From: a virus
Strand: one strand, 5' to 3'
Virus record (IMG/VR): IMGVR_UViG_3300030447_000342
Length of the DNA stretch: 64,000 nucleotides
Shown here: one piece after another, positions 9,895 to 18,954 of the stretch
How the letters are laid out: the number at the start of each line of letters is the position of its first letter
Position numbering within the stretch: position 1 is the stretch's first letter
Translations under genes and position numbers: made by a program
The notes under the pieces: model-generated
Told to the model about the DNA's origin: nothing
The model's database searches: none
What the model saw: the letters and a program-made list of their open reading frames with translations, nothing else

Positions 9895-10845
9895 TTAGAT
9901 TGAAAACGCCAGCTTCCAACGCTGATAATCTTCCATATAATTTTTTTCTATGCGGTTCTGCTTGTGCTCCAACTTGATTCTTCCGTTGAGCACATAAGTT
10001 CTGTCAGCGACAAAGTCTGTTGCTGCTTCTGAGAAATCGACCGGAATACCGGCTCGTTCTCTATCGTACATTCTGTAGAATAACCCTGACATCCATACTC
10101 TGTAGAAACTAAGTTGTTGCTGGGTGAGTCCATCTTCAATGGCTTTTGCTGATTTCTTAGATAAAATTGAACGAAGTGTCGCGGTCTTTTTTACTGCGCG
10201 AATACCACGCATCAAAGTATCGCCAGAAACTCTATCTCGTGTAATCGTTCGAGAATAATTTGGATTCTTGTAGCAGAAGCTATTGAGTTCTGCTGCTTTA
10301 TGGAACGCTGGCAGTGCTTCACGATAAAGCGGGACGTGCGTATCTTGATAGACAATTTCCATGTTGGCGAAGTCAATATCAGACGCTCTTACGAGAAGTG
10401 TATCATCTTCTTTGATGCCACCAAAAGCCATCCAATAATAACAACGGTAGGTGACATCGATTGTCTCTTCGCTCTCTTTGTCAAAGACCTCATCAAGAAT
10501 ACGTTGAAGATGGAGTGGACTTGAGACCATCTGCCGCCTAACTTTTGCTAACCCCGCTGCCTCAATATTAAGCATCCCATCGCAAGCGTCTGGAACCTTC
10601 ATGGCAATACACCATTTTACATACTCTTTTAATATCGTGAGAGACATCCACTGGCTTCTGGAGCGCAGTGCAAGTATCTCATCGATAGCTGGCTGCAGTT
10701 CTTCTCTGTCTCTTGTACAGAGGTCTGCATTCCACGAAGTTTCATACGGTTCAAACGCTTCGAAAACAGTTGTGGCAACGTTAGCCGTGTTGATACTCTT
10801 GGTATAGTCCTTAACGAATCTTGACTTTAACTCCGCATTGTACAT
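9895..10845 (-). CDS. Hypothetical protein
   Basis: 316-aa ORF in the early operon. No motif recognised. Confidence 0.4.
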   Translation of the reverse strand: MYNAELKSRFVKDYTKSINTANVATTVFEAFEPYETSWNADLCTRDREELQPAIDEILALRSRSQWMSLTILKEYVKWCIAMKVPDACDGMLNIEAAGLAKVRRQMVSSPLHLQRILDEVFDKESEETIDVTYRCYYWMAFGGIKEDDTLLVRASDIDFANMEIVYQDTHVPLYREALPAFHKAAELNSFCYKNPNYSRTITRDRVSGDTLMRGIRAVKKTATLRSILSKKSAKAIEDGLTQQQLSFYRVWMSGLFYRMYDRERAGIPVDFSEAATDFVADRTYVLNGRIKLEHKQNRIEKNYMEDYQRWKLAFSI

Positions 10846-10872
10846 AGCGAGCCTCCTACTTAGTATGTAGCA

Positions 10873-11379
10873 TTATGCTGGTACAACAGCGTTTAGGGCT
10901 GCAGCTTTCTTCCACACAGCAAGCAGCGCTTCGATGTCCAGATAGGCGATTGCACCCGTCGCCAGCAAGTTTGCTTCGGCAACTTGCTTCATGTGCTCCT
11001 CTGACAACGTAGTGATGTACTGCCCGAGGCGTTCTTTAGACATACGCTCTGGGTTTTCGCAAAGAACCATGCTGTCTCTGCGAAGCCCACTATCTGCTGC
11101 TTTGATGATAACGTGTGTAGGTTGGTTCGTCTTTTTGAGCGAACTGGTAAGTGGGAGTGCGATGATGTTGGGGCTGTATGCATTCCCCATGTTGTTCTGG
11201 AAGACGACGCCCGGACGCCAACCACTCTGTTCGCTGCCACTGCCACCGAACTTCATCAAATACACTTCACCAATCTGTGGAACCCGTTCTTTATGATTCT
11301 GAAAACCCAATGCGCTAAACCCCTTAAATACAATTATGTTGATGGTTGGAGTATAGCACGCCCAATATGGCATAGTCAA
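10873..11379 (-). CDS. PemK/MazF-family toxin-like endoribonuclease with a C-terminal extension
   Basis: IGEVYLMKFGGSGSEQSGWRPGVVFQNN..NIIALPLTSS..PTHVII..RDSMVLCENPERMSKERL fits the PemK/MazF consensus (GDIvwvdfdpt.GsEq.g.RPalVvsn..vivvPiTs..lv.qirtidk.RL). Confidence 0.7.
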   Translation of the reverse strand: MTMPYWACYTPTINIIVFKGFSALGFQNHKERVPQIGEVYLMKFGGSGSEQSGWRPGVVFQNNMGNAYSPNIIALPLTSSLKKTNQPTHVIIKAADSGLRRDSMVLCENPERMSKERLGQYITTLSEEHMKQVAEANLLATGAIAYLDIEALLAVWKKAAALNAVVPA

Positions 11380-11409
11380 GTCAATTATATAGACAACATC
11401 GAAAAATAT

Positions 11410-11733
11410 TTAACCGGCTAACAGGGTATAGGTGATTTCTTGTTCTTTGTCGTTTCTACCTCCACAAAAAACTGTGAAAACAGTTCCAATCACGGTCATT
11501 TCAGTGTCTATCTCGACACAACGTACTCGGTCAAAACATAAGGTATTTGCTCCAGATTTCAAGCAAATCATATTGGGGTTCTCGCATATCAACATAACCG
11601 GGAATGACAACTTGAATTTGCATGGGTCTGAGACGCAATACCAACTCTGGTTCTCTGTGTAAAAGGAAATCTGCTGAGGCTTATGGTTTTCACAATACTC
11701 TTTAAGTTCCTTGACTGAGACTATCTTCTTCAT
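11410..11733 (-). CDS. Hypothetical Cys-rich protein; first gene of the early leftward operon
   Basis: 107 aa. GGAGG RBS 8 nt upstream. Directly downstream of the divergent promoter region. Confidence 0.4.
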   Translation of the reverse strand: MKKIVSVKELKEYCENHKPQQISFYTENQSWYCVSDPCKFKLSFPVMLICENPNMICLKSGANTLCFDRVRCVEIDTEMTVIGTVFTVFCGGRNDKEQEITYTLLAG

Positions 11734-11743
11734 CCTGTAGTAA

Positions 11744-11772
11744 AAACCTCCATTGATTTACGAGAAATCCCG
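11744..11772 (+). promoter_or_regulatory. Candidate sigma-70-type promoter: TTGATT, 17-nt spacer, TATACT
   Basis: TTGATT at 11744-11749, a 17-nt spacer, then TATACT at 11767-11772. Overlaps the RBS of the divergent minus-strand gene. Confidence 0.45.
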
Positions 11773-11779
11773 TGTTATA

Positions 11780-11920
11780 CTACAAGTGAGTCATTGCTGA
11801 GTGGTGTCAACGATGACTTCGACCTGTCGTTAACGGGTCGTTGCACGCTGTTATTACGTTGGTGTTCATGGCAGTGTGCGTTTTGTGGTAGCTCGTCTAT
11901 ATTGGCGAGCTACCTTTTTA
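11780..11920 (+). ncRNA. Candidate ~140-nt small RNA running from the promoter to an intrinsic terminator; no ORF longer than 8 codons
   Basis: Bounded by the promoter at 11744-11772 and the terminator hairpin at 11887-11920. Internal hairpin-forming segments present. Confidence 0.35.
11887..11920 (+). terminator. Rho-independent terminator: perfect 9-bp stem followed by a T-run
   Basis: GGTAGCTCG / CGAGCTACC stem closing a 10-nt loop, followed by TTTTTA. Confidence 0.6.
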
Positions 11921-11924
11921 ATTA

Positions 11925-11975
11925 TTGACAGAAACAGTTGTTTGTGTTAATCTGTCAATAGAAACAGTTGTTGCG
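11925..11975 (+). promoter_or_regulatory. Repressor-gene promoter (TTGACA, 17 nt, TAATCT) with two direct operator-like repeats GAAACAGTTGTT
   Basis: TTGACA 11925-11930, 17-nt spacer, TAATCT 11948-11953. The repeats GACAGAAACAGTTGTT (11927-11942) and AATAGAAACAGTTGTT (11957-11972) overlap the spacer and the +1 region. Confidence 0.55.
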
Positions 11976-12046
11976 GTTTTATGCTACCACAAACACAGTG
12001 GTCTGTCAACATCAAAACTTGGGCTATTTTTTTGGAGGACTTTAAC

Positions 12047-12850
12047 ATGGACTTCGGGCAGAGGCTAAAGAGCCTTCGTGCAGAACGGAACCTCACACAG
12101 CAAAATCTTGGAGACGCAGTAGGTGTTTCCACAGTTACAATTCGTGCTTGGGAACGCAACGCTAAGAAACCCGCAATGGATGCGTTGCTTTCTCTCGGGC
12201 GGGCTCTCAATATATCGATAGACACGCTACTGGACTTCCATTTGGAGAACGCACCAAACTACGCTTTGGTTCTCACTTCTGCCGAAAAAAAACTTTTGTC
12301 CAGCTATCAAGCTCTTGACAACTATGGCAAAAAAGCAGTTGACGCAATCTGTGTACTTGAGAAGGAAAGGGTCGATGCCGCTAAAACAATTCGTGTCATT
12401 CCAAAGGTCATAGATTTTCAGCAGGTCAACAGCGAGCGATTCATTCCACGCTATACTACTCCATCTGCTGCCGGTAGCTCTGTACCTCTCGACGGGGTTG
12501 ACTTCGAGATGATTCTTGTTGATAGCTCCGTACCAGAGGAAGCAGACTACGCTGTTTATATCCAAGGTAACAGTATGTACCCATATATACATGATGGTGA
12601 TATGGTATATGTAAAAAAAGACGCAGAGCTTTCAGTTGGAGATGTTGGCATCTTCTGTGTCGATGGAGCAATGTATTGTAAGCAATACTATCTTGATGAT
12701 AATAACAATCTGGTTTTGGTTTCTGCAAACCCAGAGCTTCGCCGTACAAACATCTTCGTCTCAGCCGACAGTGGACGTTCTGTAAAAGCCTGCGGTAAGG
12801 TGCTGCTGAAAGAAAAAATTGACCTTCCAGATTATTTGTTTGAGGATTGA
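12047..12850 (+). CDS. CI/LexA-like phage repressor: N-terminal HTH_XRE plus C-terminal S24 autopeptidase
   Basis: HTH QQNLGDAVGVSTVTIRAWERNAKKP. S24 motifs GNSMYPYI (Ser) and VYVKKD (Lys). GGAGGA RBS 7 nt upstream of the ATG at 12047. Confidence 0.85.
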   Translation: MDFGQRLKSLRAERNLTQQNLGDAVGVSTVTIRAWERNAKKPAMDALLSLGRALNISIDTLLDFHLENAPNYALVLTSAEKKLLSSYQALDNYGKKAVDAICVLEKERVDAAKTIRVIPKVIDFQQVNSERFIPRYTTPSAAGSSVPLDGVDFEMILVDSSVPEEADYAVYIQGNSMYPYIHDGDMVYVKKDAELSVGDVGIFCVDGAMYCKQYYLDDNNNLVLVSANPELRRTNIFVSADSGRSVKACGKVLLKEKIDLPDYLFED

Positions 12851-12877
12851 AAAAGTAGGGCTCACGCCCTACTTTTT
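12851..12877. terminator. Bidirectional intrinsic terminator between convergent genes
   Basis: AAAAA GTAGGGC tcac GCCCTAC TTTTT. Confidence 0.6.
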
Positions 12878-13463
12878 ATAATTCCCAATGGATATTACCT
12901 GCTCCATATTTACCGATTGATGGAACAATAAACTCATTTGGCACCCCATGCTCCTTTATGGCTTTCGCACACCAGATAAGAACATACGCCGTCAATGGAG
13001 AGTCTGCTGAGATACCACTTGATATTACACTGGGACTGTAAGACGCGCTTCTGTCTGCGTCATAGTCCAAAATCTTCCCGCGTTTTGCCATCATAATTCT
13101 AAGCGCGTTTTCTGAGTTCTTCATACATACTTCTCGCTGGACTTGCTCGTGATACTCTGGTGTCCATCCTGCTTTTGGTTTGCACCACCGTTCTTTTGGA
13201 AACAACTCGCAAAGTTGCTTACCGGCGAAGATTCCCTCATATACAGGAGCAACTTCCTCAGAAACTTGTTCTTTATTGTCTGGATTATGGATAAAGCTTT
13301 TCAGTCGCTGCTCAAGGCTGCGGTCTGTCACTACACTTTTCCACTCCGAAATTACCTGCTGTTTCTTGTCATACGCCTTTCGAGTATTCCTCACTGCGTT
13401 TTTATCTGACCCAAATTTAATGAGTAAGATAACTCCGAGAATCACAGCAATCACAAGTTCCAT
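12876..13463 (-). CDS. Hypothetical membrane-anchored protein; a possible lysogeny-associated moron
   Basis: N-terminal TM helix MELVIAVILGVILLI. 195 aa. Convergent with the repressor gene. Confidence 0.4.
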   Translation of the reverse strand: MELVIAVILGVILLIKFGSDKNAVRNTRKAYDKKQQVISEWKSVVTDRSLEQRLKSFIHNPDNKEQVSEEVAPVYEGIFAGKQLCELFPKERWCKPKAGWTPEYHEQVQREVCMKNSENALRIMMAKRGKILDYDADRSASYSPSVISSGISADSPLTAYVLIWCAKAIKEHGVPNEFIVPSIGKYGAGNIHWEL

Positions 13464-13478
13464 AAAGCCACCACTACA

Positions 13479-13709
13479 TCAGCCTAACGCAGACTGGATA
13501 TGTCCTTTCGCATCATCAATCTTTTCGAGCGCATCACTGAGACTATCAACCGCATCTTCCATACGCTCAAACTTCTCTGTTCCTTGCAAGTTTTCAGGAT
13601 AGTTATCCATACAGTCTTGCTCACTGTCGCAGACTGTTTCCACAATGGATGCAGCACTGCTCAGCATTTTCAAGGCGTCTCTTAGCCGCCCTCTTCTTTT
13701 TTCATTCAC
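13479..13709 (-). CDS. Hypothetical small acidic protein
   Basis: 76-aa ORF in the operon. Confidence 0.3.
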   Translation of the reverse strand: MNEKRRGRLRDALKMLSSAASIVETVCDSEQDCMDNYPENLQGTEKFERMEDAVDSLSDALEKIDDAKGHIQSALG

Positions 13710-14061
13710 TCATACGCTCCCATACATTCGAAATGTTCAACTCAATTTTGATGAACTCTCGACCCTGCTTTGAAAAGCTAAAAGAGTTCAGTTTCGTAAT
13801 TAGCTTGAAGAACCCGTTGGTTCTTCCTCCGTGAAGCTCAAGCTCATCACACACAATGACAATACGGAGTGTCTTTGTTTTTTCTTCAATATCTGCATGG
13901 ACACTTTCGCATTCAATTTCAGATACCAACTCATCCACGCCATCACAAATCTCATCGATTTTAGAAAGCATTTCTTCTGAAATCTTATAGTCGCGTCCAA
14001 AGACCTTAGAACCATCGCTAATCAACTCCATGACGGAGTCTTTGCAAGTTGTGTACTCCAT
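13702..14061 (-). CDS. Hypothetical protein
   Basis: 119 aa, overlaps its neighbours by 8 nt. Confidence 0.35.
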   Translation of the reverse strand: MEYTTCKDSVMELISDGSKVFGRDYKISEEMLSKIDEICDGVDELVSEIECESVHADIEEKTKTLRIVIVCDELELHGGRTNGFFKLITKLNSFSFSKQGREFIKIELNISNVWERMSE

Positions 14062-14073
14062 TCCAGCCTCCTC

Positions 14074-14463
14074 TTATTCAATCGGTTTAGTGAGACCGTG
14101 GAATGTAAATGTCAAACGGACTCGGTTCTTAACCAATGGATAGACCTCCATGTTGTTTGCAAACTCTGCTACTCTCGCAAACCACTCCGGTTTGTCAAAA
14201 GCCAGCGTCTCTCCCTCGACACTGATGCTTCCCATCGTTTTGAACGGTGTATTTAATTTGTAGGAAACTTCAACGTCAGAATCCTTTGTGATGTATTTTA
14301 GTGCCGCATGAGCAAACTGCATCTGCTGCAGCTTCATCGGATTCAAAACCGTTGTCTTTTCTTCATCTGCTGCGACATCGTCCTTAACGCTATCGATGAA
14401 CTCATCCATTGCGTTTCGCAGCTCCTCGTCTGACATAAACTTCAAGTCAAAGCCGTTATCCAT
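14074..14463 (-). CDS. Hypothetical protein
   Basis: 129-aa ORF. Confidence 0.4.
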   Translation of the reverse strand: MDNGFDLKFMSDEELRNAMDEFIDSVKDDVAADEEKTTVLNPMKLQQMQFAHAALKYITKDSDVEVSYKLNTPFKTMGSISVEGETLAFDKPEWFARVAEFANNMEVYPLVKNRVRLTFTFHGLTKPIE

Positions 14464-14517
14464 TTGACCACTCCTTCAATTCAATTCTATCACAAAGATA
14501 CAGATTATCAAGGCAAA

Positions 14518-15132
14518 TCAACCAAGGTTACACACAATTTCAACCTCTCCAACTGCATTGTCGCCCAAGATATGTAGCAAAGAATTCGCAATCATGTTGA
14601 CATCAATTCTCCCGTTAAAGCACAATGAAAAGCGCTTCATATCCATACTCTGTTTGGAAGCTGCTTCGTCCAACTTGGTAGCTGGCACATCTTCTACTTC
14701 GGCATCCTCATCAGATGTTTTCCCATGCAGCAATTCATCCCACGCATCCTTTTGCGCTGTACTCATAGAGTGACCAACTGGGAACTTGATATTCAGCTTG
14801 TTCATTTGGATATACCGACGAATCGTAAGTGGTTGCACTCCGAACATGGCGGCAAAACTCGTTGCGTTGGCGCCATAGTTTTCCATCATGTGTTTGAGAT
14901 ACTCTTCTTGCATCGAAGCCGTCAGTGTCTTGAAATCATCCCATGTAATTGGCTGGTTCAAATTAACGGTCACAACTTTCCCATTCCTTTCCTTCCATTG
15001 TTTTTGCGTCATGTGGTCTGTTGACATTGAGCATTTCTTGCTCTTGCTTCCGCACTTGCGGTACTTTGCTTGCTGTGCAATACGTTTACGCTGCCAGCAA
15101 TCATACTCAAAATCAGACATCATTGCGCACAC
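14518..15132 (-). CDS. Hypothetical protein with an HTH-like segment
   Basis: ATSFAAMFGVQPLTIRRYIQ is helix-turn-helix-like. Confidence 0.4.
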   Translation of the reverse strand: MCAMMSDFEYDCWQRKRIAQQAKYRKCGSKSKKCSMSTDHMTQKQWKERNGKVVTVNLNQPITWDDFKTLTASMQEEYLKHMMENYGANATSFAAMFGVQPLTIRRYIQMNKLNIKFPVGHSMSTAQKDAWDELLHGKTSDEDAEVEDVPATKLDEAASKQSMDMKRFSLCFNGRIDVNMIANSLLHILGDNAVGEVEIVCNLG

Positions 15133-15338
15133 CTCATTCTCTTTGAAACTTCGAACTTATCCTCAAGCTCTTTCGGCGTCCGTGCTTTCCCAAGCTTCTT
15201 AAACTCTCCGTCAACAAGCTCATACAGGAAATAAAACTCACGGCTCTCTTTACTGGTAAGAATAAAGCAGAGCTCATGCTCGGCATTATAATATCCCACC
15301 CAGACTCTTTCGCCTTTTGGGTATTTGGGTTCAGCCAA
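15120..15338 (-). CDS. Hypothetical small protein
   Basis: 72 aa, overlapping junctions. Confidence 0.3.
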   Translation of the reverse strand: MAEPKYPKGERVWVGYYNAEHELCFILTSKESREFYFLYELVDGEFKKLGKARTPKELEDKFEVSKRMRCAQ

Positions 15339-16677
15339 GAAGCTCCACCGCCCTCTGCAGCAAAGTATTGTGTTCGTTTTCTAAAGCACCCGAAATCACT
15401 TCATCTAAAAGGCTGTTAAGGATTTCGCCAACACGTTTCCCTTGTTCAATGCCGAGGTTCATAATATCTCTTCCGTTGATTTGCAAGTCTTTTAATGAGA
15501 AACACTGCTCCGCTTCTAAAACCTCAGACATAATAGAACCGAGTGCAATGCATCTTTCGATTCTGGACTCCTGTGTACCCTCTGCATGGGCAAGAATATC
15601 AGCCATCCGCACGTCCAAAAACTGCGAGAACCGACGTTCGCCGAGTTTATGCAGCCATTTGCGGACTGTGCGTGGCGTTGGCTCAATCATAGTGTCGTGA
15701 TAAAGCACGAGTTCAAGAACTTCCTGCTTTGTCTTATTATCGAACCGCAGTCTATCCAAAACTTGTTCTGCAATATCACGGCTTGGTACCCCATGACCGT
15801 GGAAGTGCCCACCGTTTTCATCTTCAGTGTAGCATTGTGGCTTCCCGATGTCGTGGAGTAGTAGGGCTACCTTAACAGACACATCGGTACCCTTGTAGTT
15901 CGCAACAGCGTGGGCAATATGCTCGTACACAGTGTATTGATGATACTTGTTGTTCTGTTCAAACCCAATGCAAGGCTCCATTTCTGGAATAATCGTCGCA
16001 ATAACATCTGAGAAATTCAGCAGCACATTTAAGATGCCGTCGCCGAGCAGCATTTTGCAAAGCTCGCCATTGATTCGCTCTGCAGCAATACGTTTTAGCA
16101 TCCAAGCATCCTTGTGGATGGCAGCGGCTGTCTGTTCTTCGATAGAAAAGCCATAGGTCGCTGCGAATCTCAGCGCTCGCAAAATGCGAAGCGCATCTTC
16201 TTCAAAACGCTCATCAGGATTGCCAACACAGCGAATAATCCCTGCTTGTAAATCATCTCTCCCGTGGAAGGGGTCAATCAATCCAGCACTGTTGTACGCC
16301 ATAGCGTTGATGGTGAAATCCCTGCGAGACAAGTCCTTATAAATGCTCTCGGTAAACTCCACATAATCAGGGTGCCTCCCGTCTGTATAGTTTCCATCAA
16401 TTCGAAACGTTGTGACCTCATACTTCCCAACAGTGCCCATGTCAACCGTTACTGTTCCATGCTGCAGCCCAGTATCAATTGTCTTTATACCATGACGATG
16501 CATTAGTTCCTTAACTTCGTCCGGTGTAGCAGAGGTACAGATATCCCAATCTTTTGGTTCTTTCCCAAGCAAACTGTCTCGGACACATCCGCCAACCACA
16601 TATGCCTCATGGTTTTCATATCGGAGATTCAGCAGAACTGCTCGCGCACCTTTAGGGATAGAAATCCTATGCATCAA
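15331..16677 (-). CDS. cca: CCA-adding tRNA nucleotidyltransferase: PolyA_pol head domain plus HD domain
   Basis: AYVVGGCVRDSLLGKEPKDWDICT..RRDFTINAMAY (class II NTase head). LLLHDIGKP HD motif in the C-terminal half. Confidence 0.8.
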   Translation of the reverse strand: MMHRISIPKGARAVLLNLRYENHEAYVVGGCVRDSLLGKEPKDWDICTSATPDEVKELMHRHGIKTIDTGLQHGTVTVDMGTVGKYEVTTFRIDGNYTDGRHPDYVEFTESIYKDLSRRDFTINAMAYNSAGLIDPFHGRDDLQAGIIRCVGNPDERFEEDALRILRALRFAATYGFSIEEQTAAAIHKDAWMLKRIAAERINGELCKMLLGDGILNVLLNFSDVIATIIPEMEPCIGFEQNNKYHQYTVYEHIAHAVANYKGTDVSVKVALLLHDIGKPQCYTEDENGGHFHGHGVPSRDIAEQVLDRLRFDNKTKQEVLELVLYHDTMIEPTPRTVRKWLHKLGERRFSQFLDVRMADILAHAEGTQESRIERCIALGSIMSEVLEAEQCFSLKDLQINGRDIMNLGIEQGKRVGEILNSLLDEVISGALENEHNTLLQRAVELLG

Positions 16678-17689
16678 TCGCCCTCCTGTTTACACTCATA
16701 ACGAACTCCTCAACTTTCTTCATATCCGGGTTATCTGGGAGGCTCGTGTTTTGTTTTGCATAATTGAGTCGTTTTTCAAAGTCAGAAACCATTTCAAAAA
16801 ACTCTGGTCTATATGTTCCATCTTCCAGTTGATAGTCACCCTTACGGATACTCATCAGCAGAGGCAGGTCATCACCACGATATGTGACAATATCCTCTTT
16901 CTCCAGAATATCCAAGCAGAGAAGGTACAAACGAATAAGATGCATCGCGTGTTTGTTCAAATGCTCATCGTCCTTCTTGTGGTTTCTGTGGTTGAGCTTC
17001 TCATACGTCCCGATAACATTCGTCAGGTCGTTGATTACACTATTGAACTCTCTGACCGGATACTTTTTAAGCTGGATATCTGCAAAAATCTCACGGTCTA
17101 AATCCTCTCGCGGACTCTCATCTGTATAGAGAACAATGCTGCCGTTTTCAAAAATCGTGTATCGACTCTCAAATGATTTAACGGCGCCTTTCATAGAGTT
17201 GAGGATATGTTCCTCTCTTCTTGCCTGTGACAGCCTATCTCGCGCAAGAGCATTCTCCAAGCGCCGGAGCTGCTGATTCGCATAACCTCCAAAAGAATGG
17301 ACTGCTCGTTTGGACAGAAACATTTTTCTGTTGGCAATCATTTCTCTACCAATGTCTGAGATATAGAAATAGTGCTCTGGCTTACACCCAAGCATTTCAA
17401 TCGTATTTGGATTACAATTTAGGAGCAGGCTCACCAGCTTATTAAAAGCATAGATTGTCGTATCCGTTTGTGTATTAACGACCTGCTCAAAGCTCGTCAG
17501 ACCAAGCAAATCTGATTCACTGTTCAACGCACACCCTCTTACATCAACATCGGATGTTTCGACGTTCGTTCCATAGGAATAGCTGCCACCAAGCGTAAGA
17601 AAGATAATCTTGCGCCCGAGGTGCTCGTTTGTTCTAAGGAAATCATAAGCAGAACCGTTGACCATCTCTTTGATTTGCTCAATCGTCAT
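16667..17689 (-). CDS. Pol-beta-superfamily nucleotidyltransferase (PF10127/RlaP-like), of the kind often operonic with RtcB
   Basis: LTLGGSYSYGTNVETSDVDVRG fits the GS..G...SD.D.RG nucleotidyltransferase signature. Confidence 0.55.
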   Translation of the reverse strand: MTIEQIKEMVNGSAYDFLRTNEHLGRKIIFLTLGGSYSYGTNVETSDVDVRGCALNSESDLLGLTSFEQVVNTQTDTTIYAFNKLVSLLLNCNPNTIEMLGCKPEHYFYISDIGREMIANRKMFLSKRAVHSFGGYANQQLRRLENALARDRLSQARREEHILNSMKGAVKSFESRYTIFENGSIVLYTDESPREDLDREIFADIQLKKYPVREFNSVINDLTNVIGTYEKLNHRNHKKDDEHLNKHAMHLIRLYLLCLDILEKEDIVTYRGDDLPLLMSIRKGDYQLEDGTYRPEFFEMVSDFEKRLNYAKQNTSLPDNPDMKKVEEFVMSVNRRAIDA

Positions 17690-17693
17690 AACC

Positions 17694-18908
17694 TTACTCC
17701 TTTTCTTCTCTCGCCCTGAGTGCTGAAATGCACCCAGCTAAAATCTGTGCAGCTCTTACGGCTTCATCAGCCGTGTTTTTCTTTGAGAACGAAATTCTGA
17801 TGGAAGACCGCGCTTCATCTTTGGATAATCCCATTGCAGATAAAACGTGACTTGGTTCTGCTTCGTGACTCCTACACGCAGACCCGGCAGAAACACAAAC
17901 TCCATTGCCGTCCAACATAAGCAAGAGCGTTTCGCCATCAACGCCGTCCATTCTCAAGTTAATTGTCTTTCCGGGTGTAAGAATCGACATACCATTTACA
18001 TGGACGCAGCTTTCATCACCCGTATCTTTAAGCGCTTCATTCAGCGCCATGAAAAATCGCTGTTTCAATGTTGAAACCCACACCGTATCTTCGTGCAAAC
18101 TCTTCGATAAAATCTCACAAGCCCTTCCGAATCCTACGATACCAGCAACATTTTCTGTTCCGCCCCTCAGCCCGAACTCTTGCTCTGAACCACCATATAC
18201 AATGGGTGTAAGTTTGGACTTATCCTTTGCGTACAAAGCTCCAATGCCTTTACACCCATGAATCTTATGTGATGACACCGAAAGGAAATCGCAACCGATT
18301 TTCACTACATCAATAGGATAGCATCCTGCAGCTTGCACGCAATCTGTGTGGAACAGAATCCCGCGCTTCATGCAAATCGTTCCAATATCTTCGATTGGGT
18401 TGATTGCGCCTGTTTCATTGTTCGCAAACATCACAGATACGAGCCCCGTATCTGCCCGTAATGCGTCCTCAATGACAGCAGGAGAGACCCTGCACTCATT
18501 GGATACCGGAATATACTCTACATGAAACCCGTCTTTTATAAGCGATTCTGCGGCTCGTAGGACGGAATCATGCTCAACTGCCGATACCAAAATGTGTGTT
18601 TTCCCAACACTTTTCAGGTAGTCCTTCAATCCATGAAAGACTAAATTGTTTGCTTCACTCCCACCGGATGTAAAAATAATTTGTTCTGGCTCTGCATTGA
18701 TTAAAGCTGCCACTTGCGCTCTAGCTTTCTGCACAGCCTCATTCGCAGCTCGTCCAAACTTATAGAGAGTTCCTGCATTACCGTACTCTGTTGTCAGATA
18801 CGGCATCATTGCATCAAGAACCCGCTCATCCATTTGTGTAGTGGCAGCATTGTCCAAGTAAATCACAAGTGACCACTCCTTTTGTTTTATATGATGCACT
18901 AATACCAC
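17694..18908 (-). CDS. Cysteine desulfurase, class V aminotransferase of the IscS/NifS family
   Basis: IYLDNAATTQMD N-terminus, the SGGSEANN motif and the SxHK lysine region (SVSSHKIHG). Confidence 0.8.
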   Translation of the reverse strand: MVLVHHIKQKEWSLVIYLDNAATTQMDERVLDAMMPYLTTEYGNAGTLYKFGRAANEAVQKARAQVAALINAEPEQIIFTSGGSEANNLVFHGLKDYLKSVGKTHILVSAVEHDSVLRAAESLIKDGFHVEYIPVSNECRVSPAVIEDALRADTGLVSVMFANNETGAINPIEDIGTICMKRGILFHTDCVQAAGCYPIDVVKIGCDFLSVSSHKIHGCKGIGALYAKDKSKLTPIVYGGSEQEFGLRGGTENVAGIVGFGRACEILSKSLHEDTVWVSTLKQRFFMALNEALKDTGDESCVHVNGMSILTPGKTINLRMDGVDGETLLLMLDGNGVCVSAGSACRSHEAEPSHVLSAMGLSKDEARSSIRISFSKKNTADEAVRAAQILAGCISALRAREEKE

Positions 18909-18954
18909 TCATCAAGCGCCTTTCAAAGCCTTGTGGCACAAGTGATTCAAGCCA

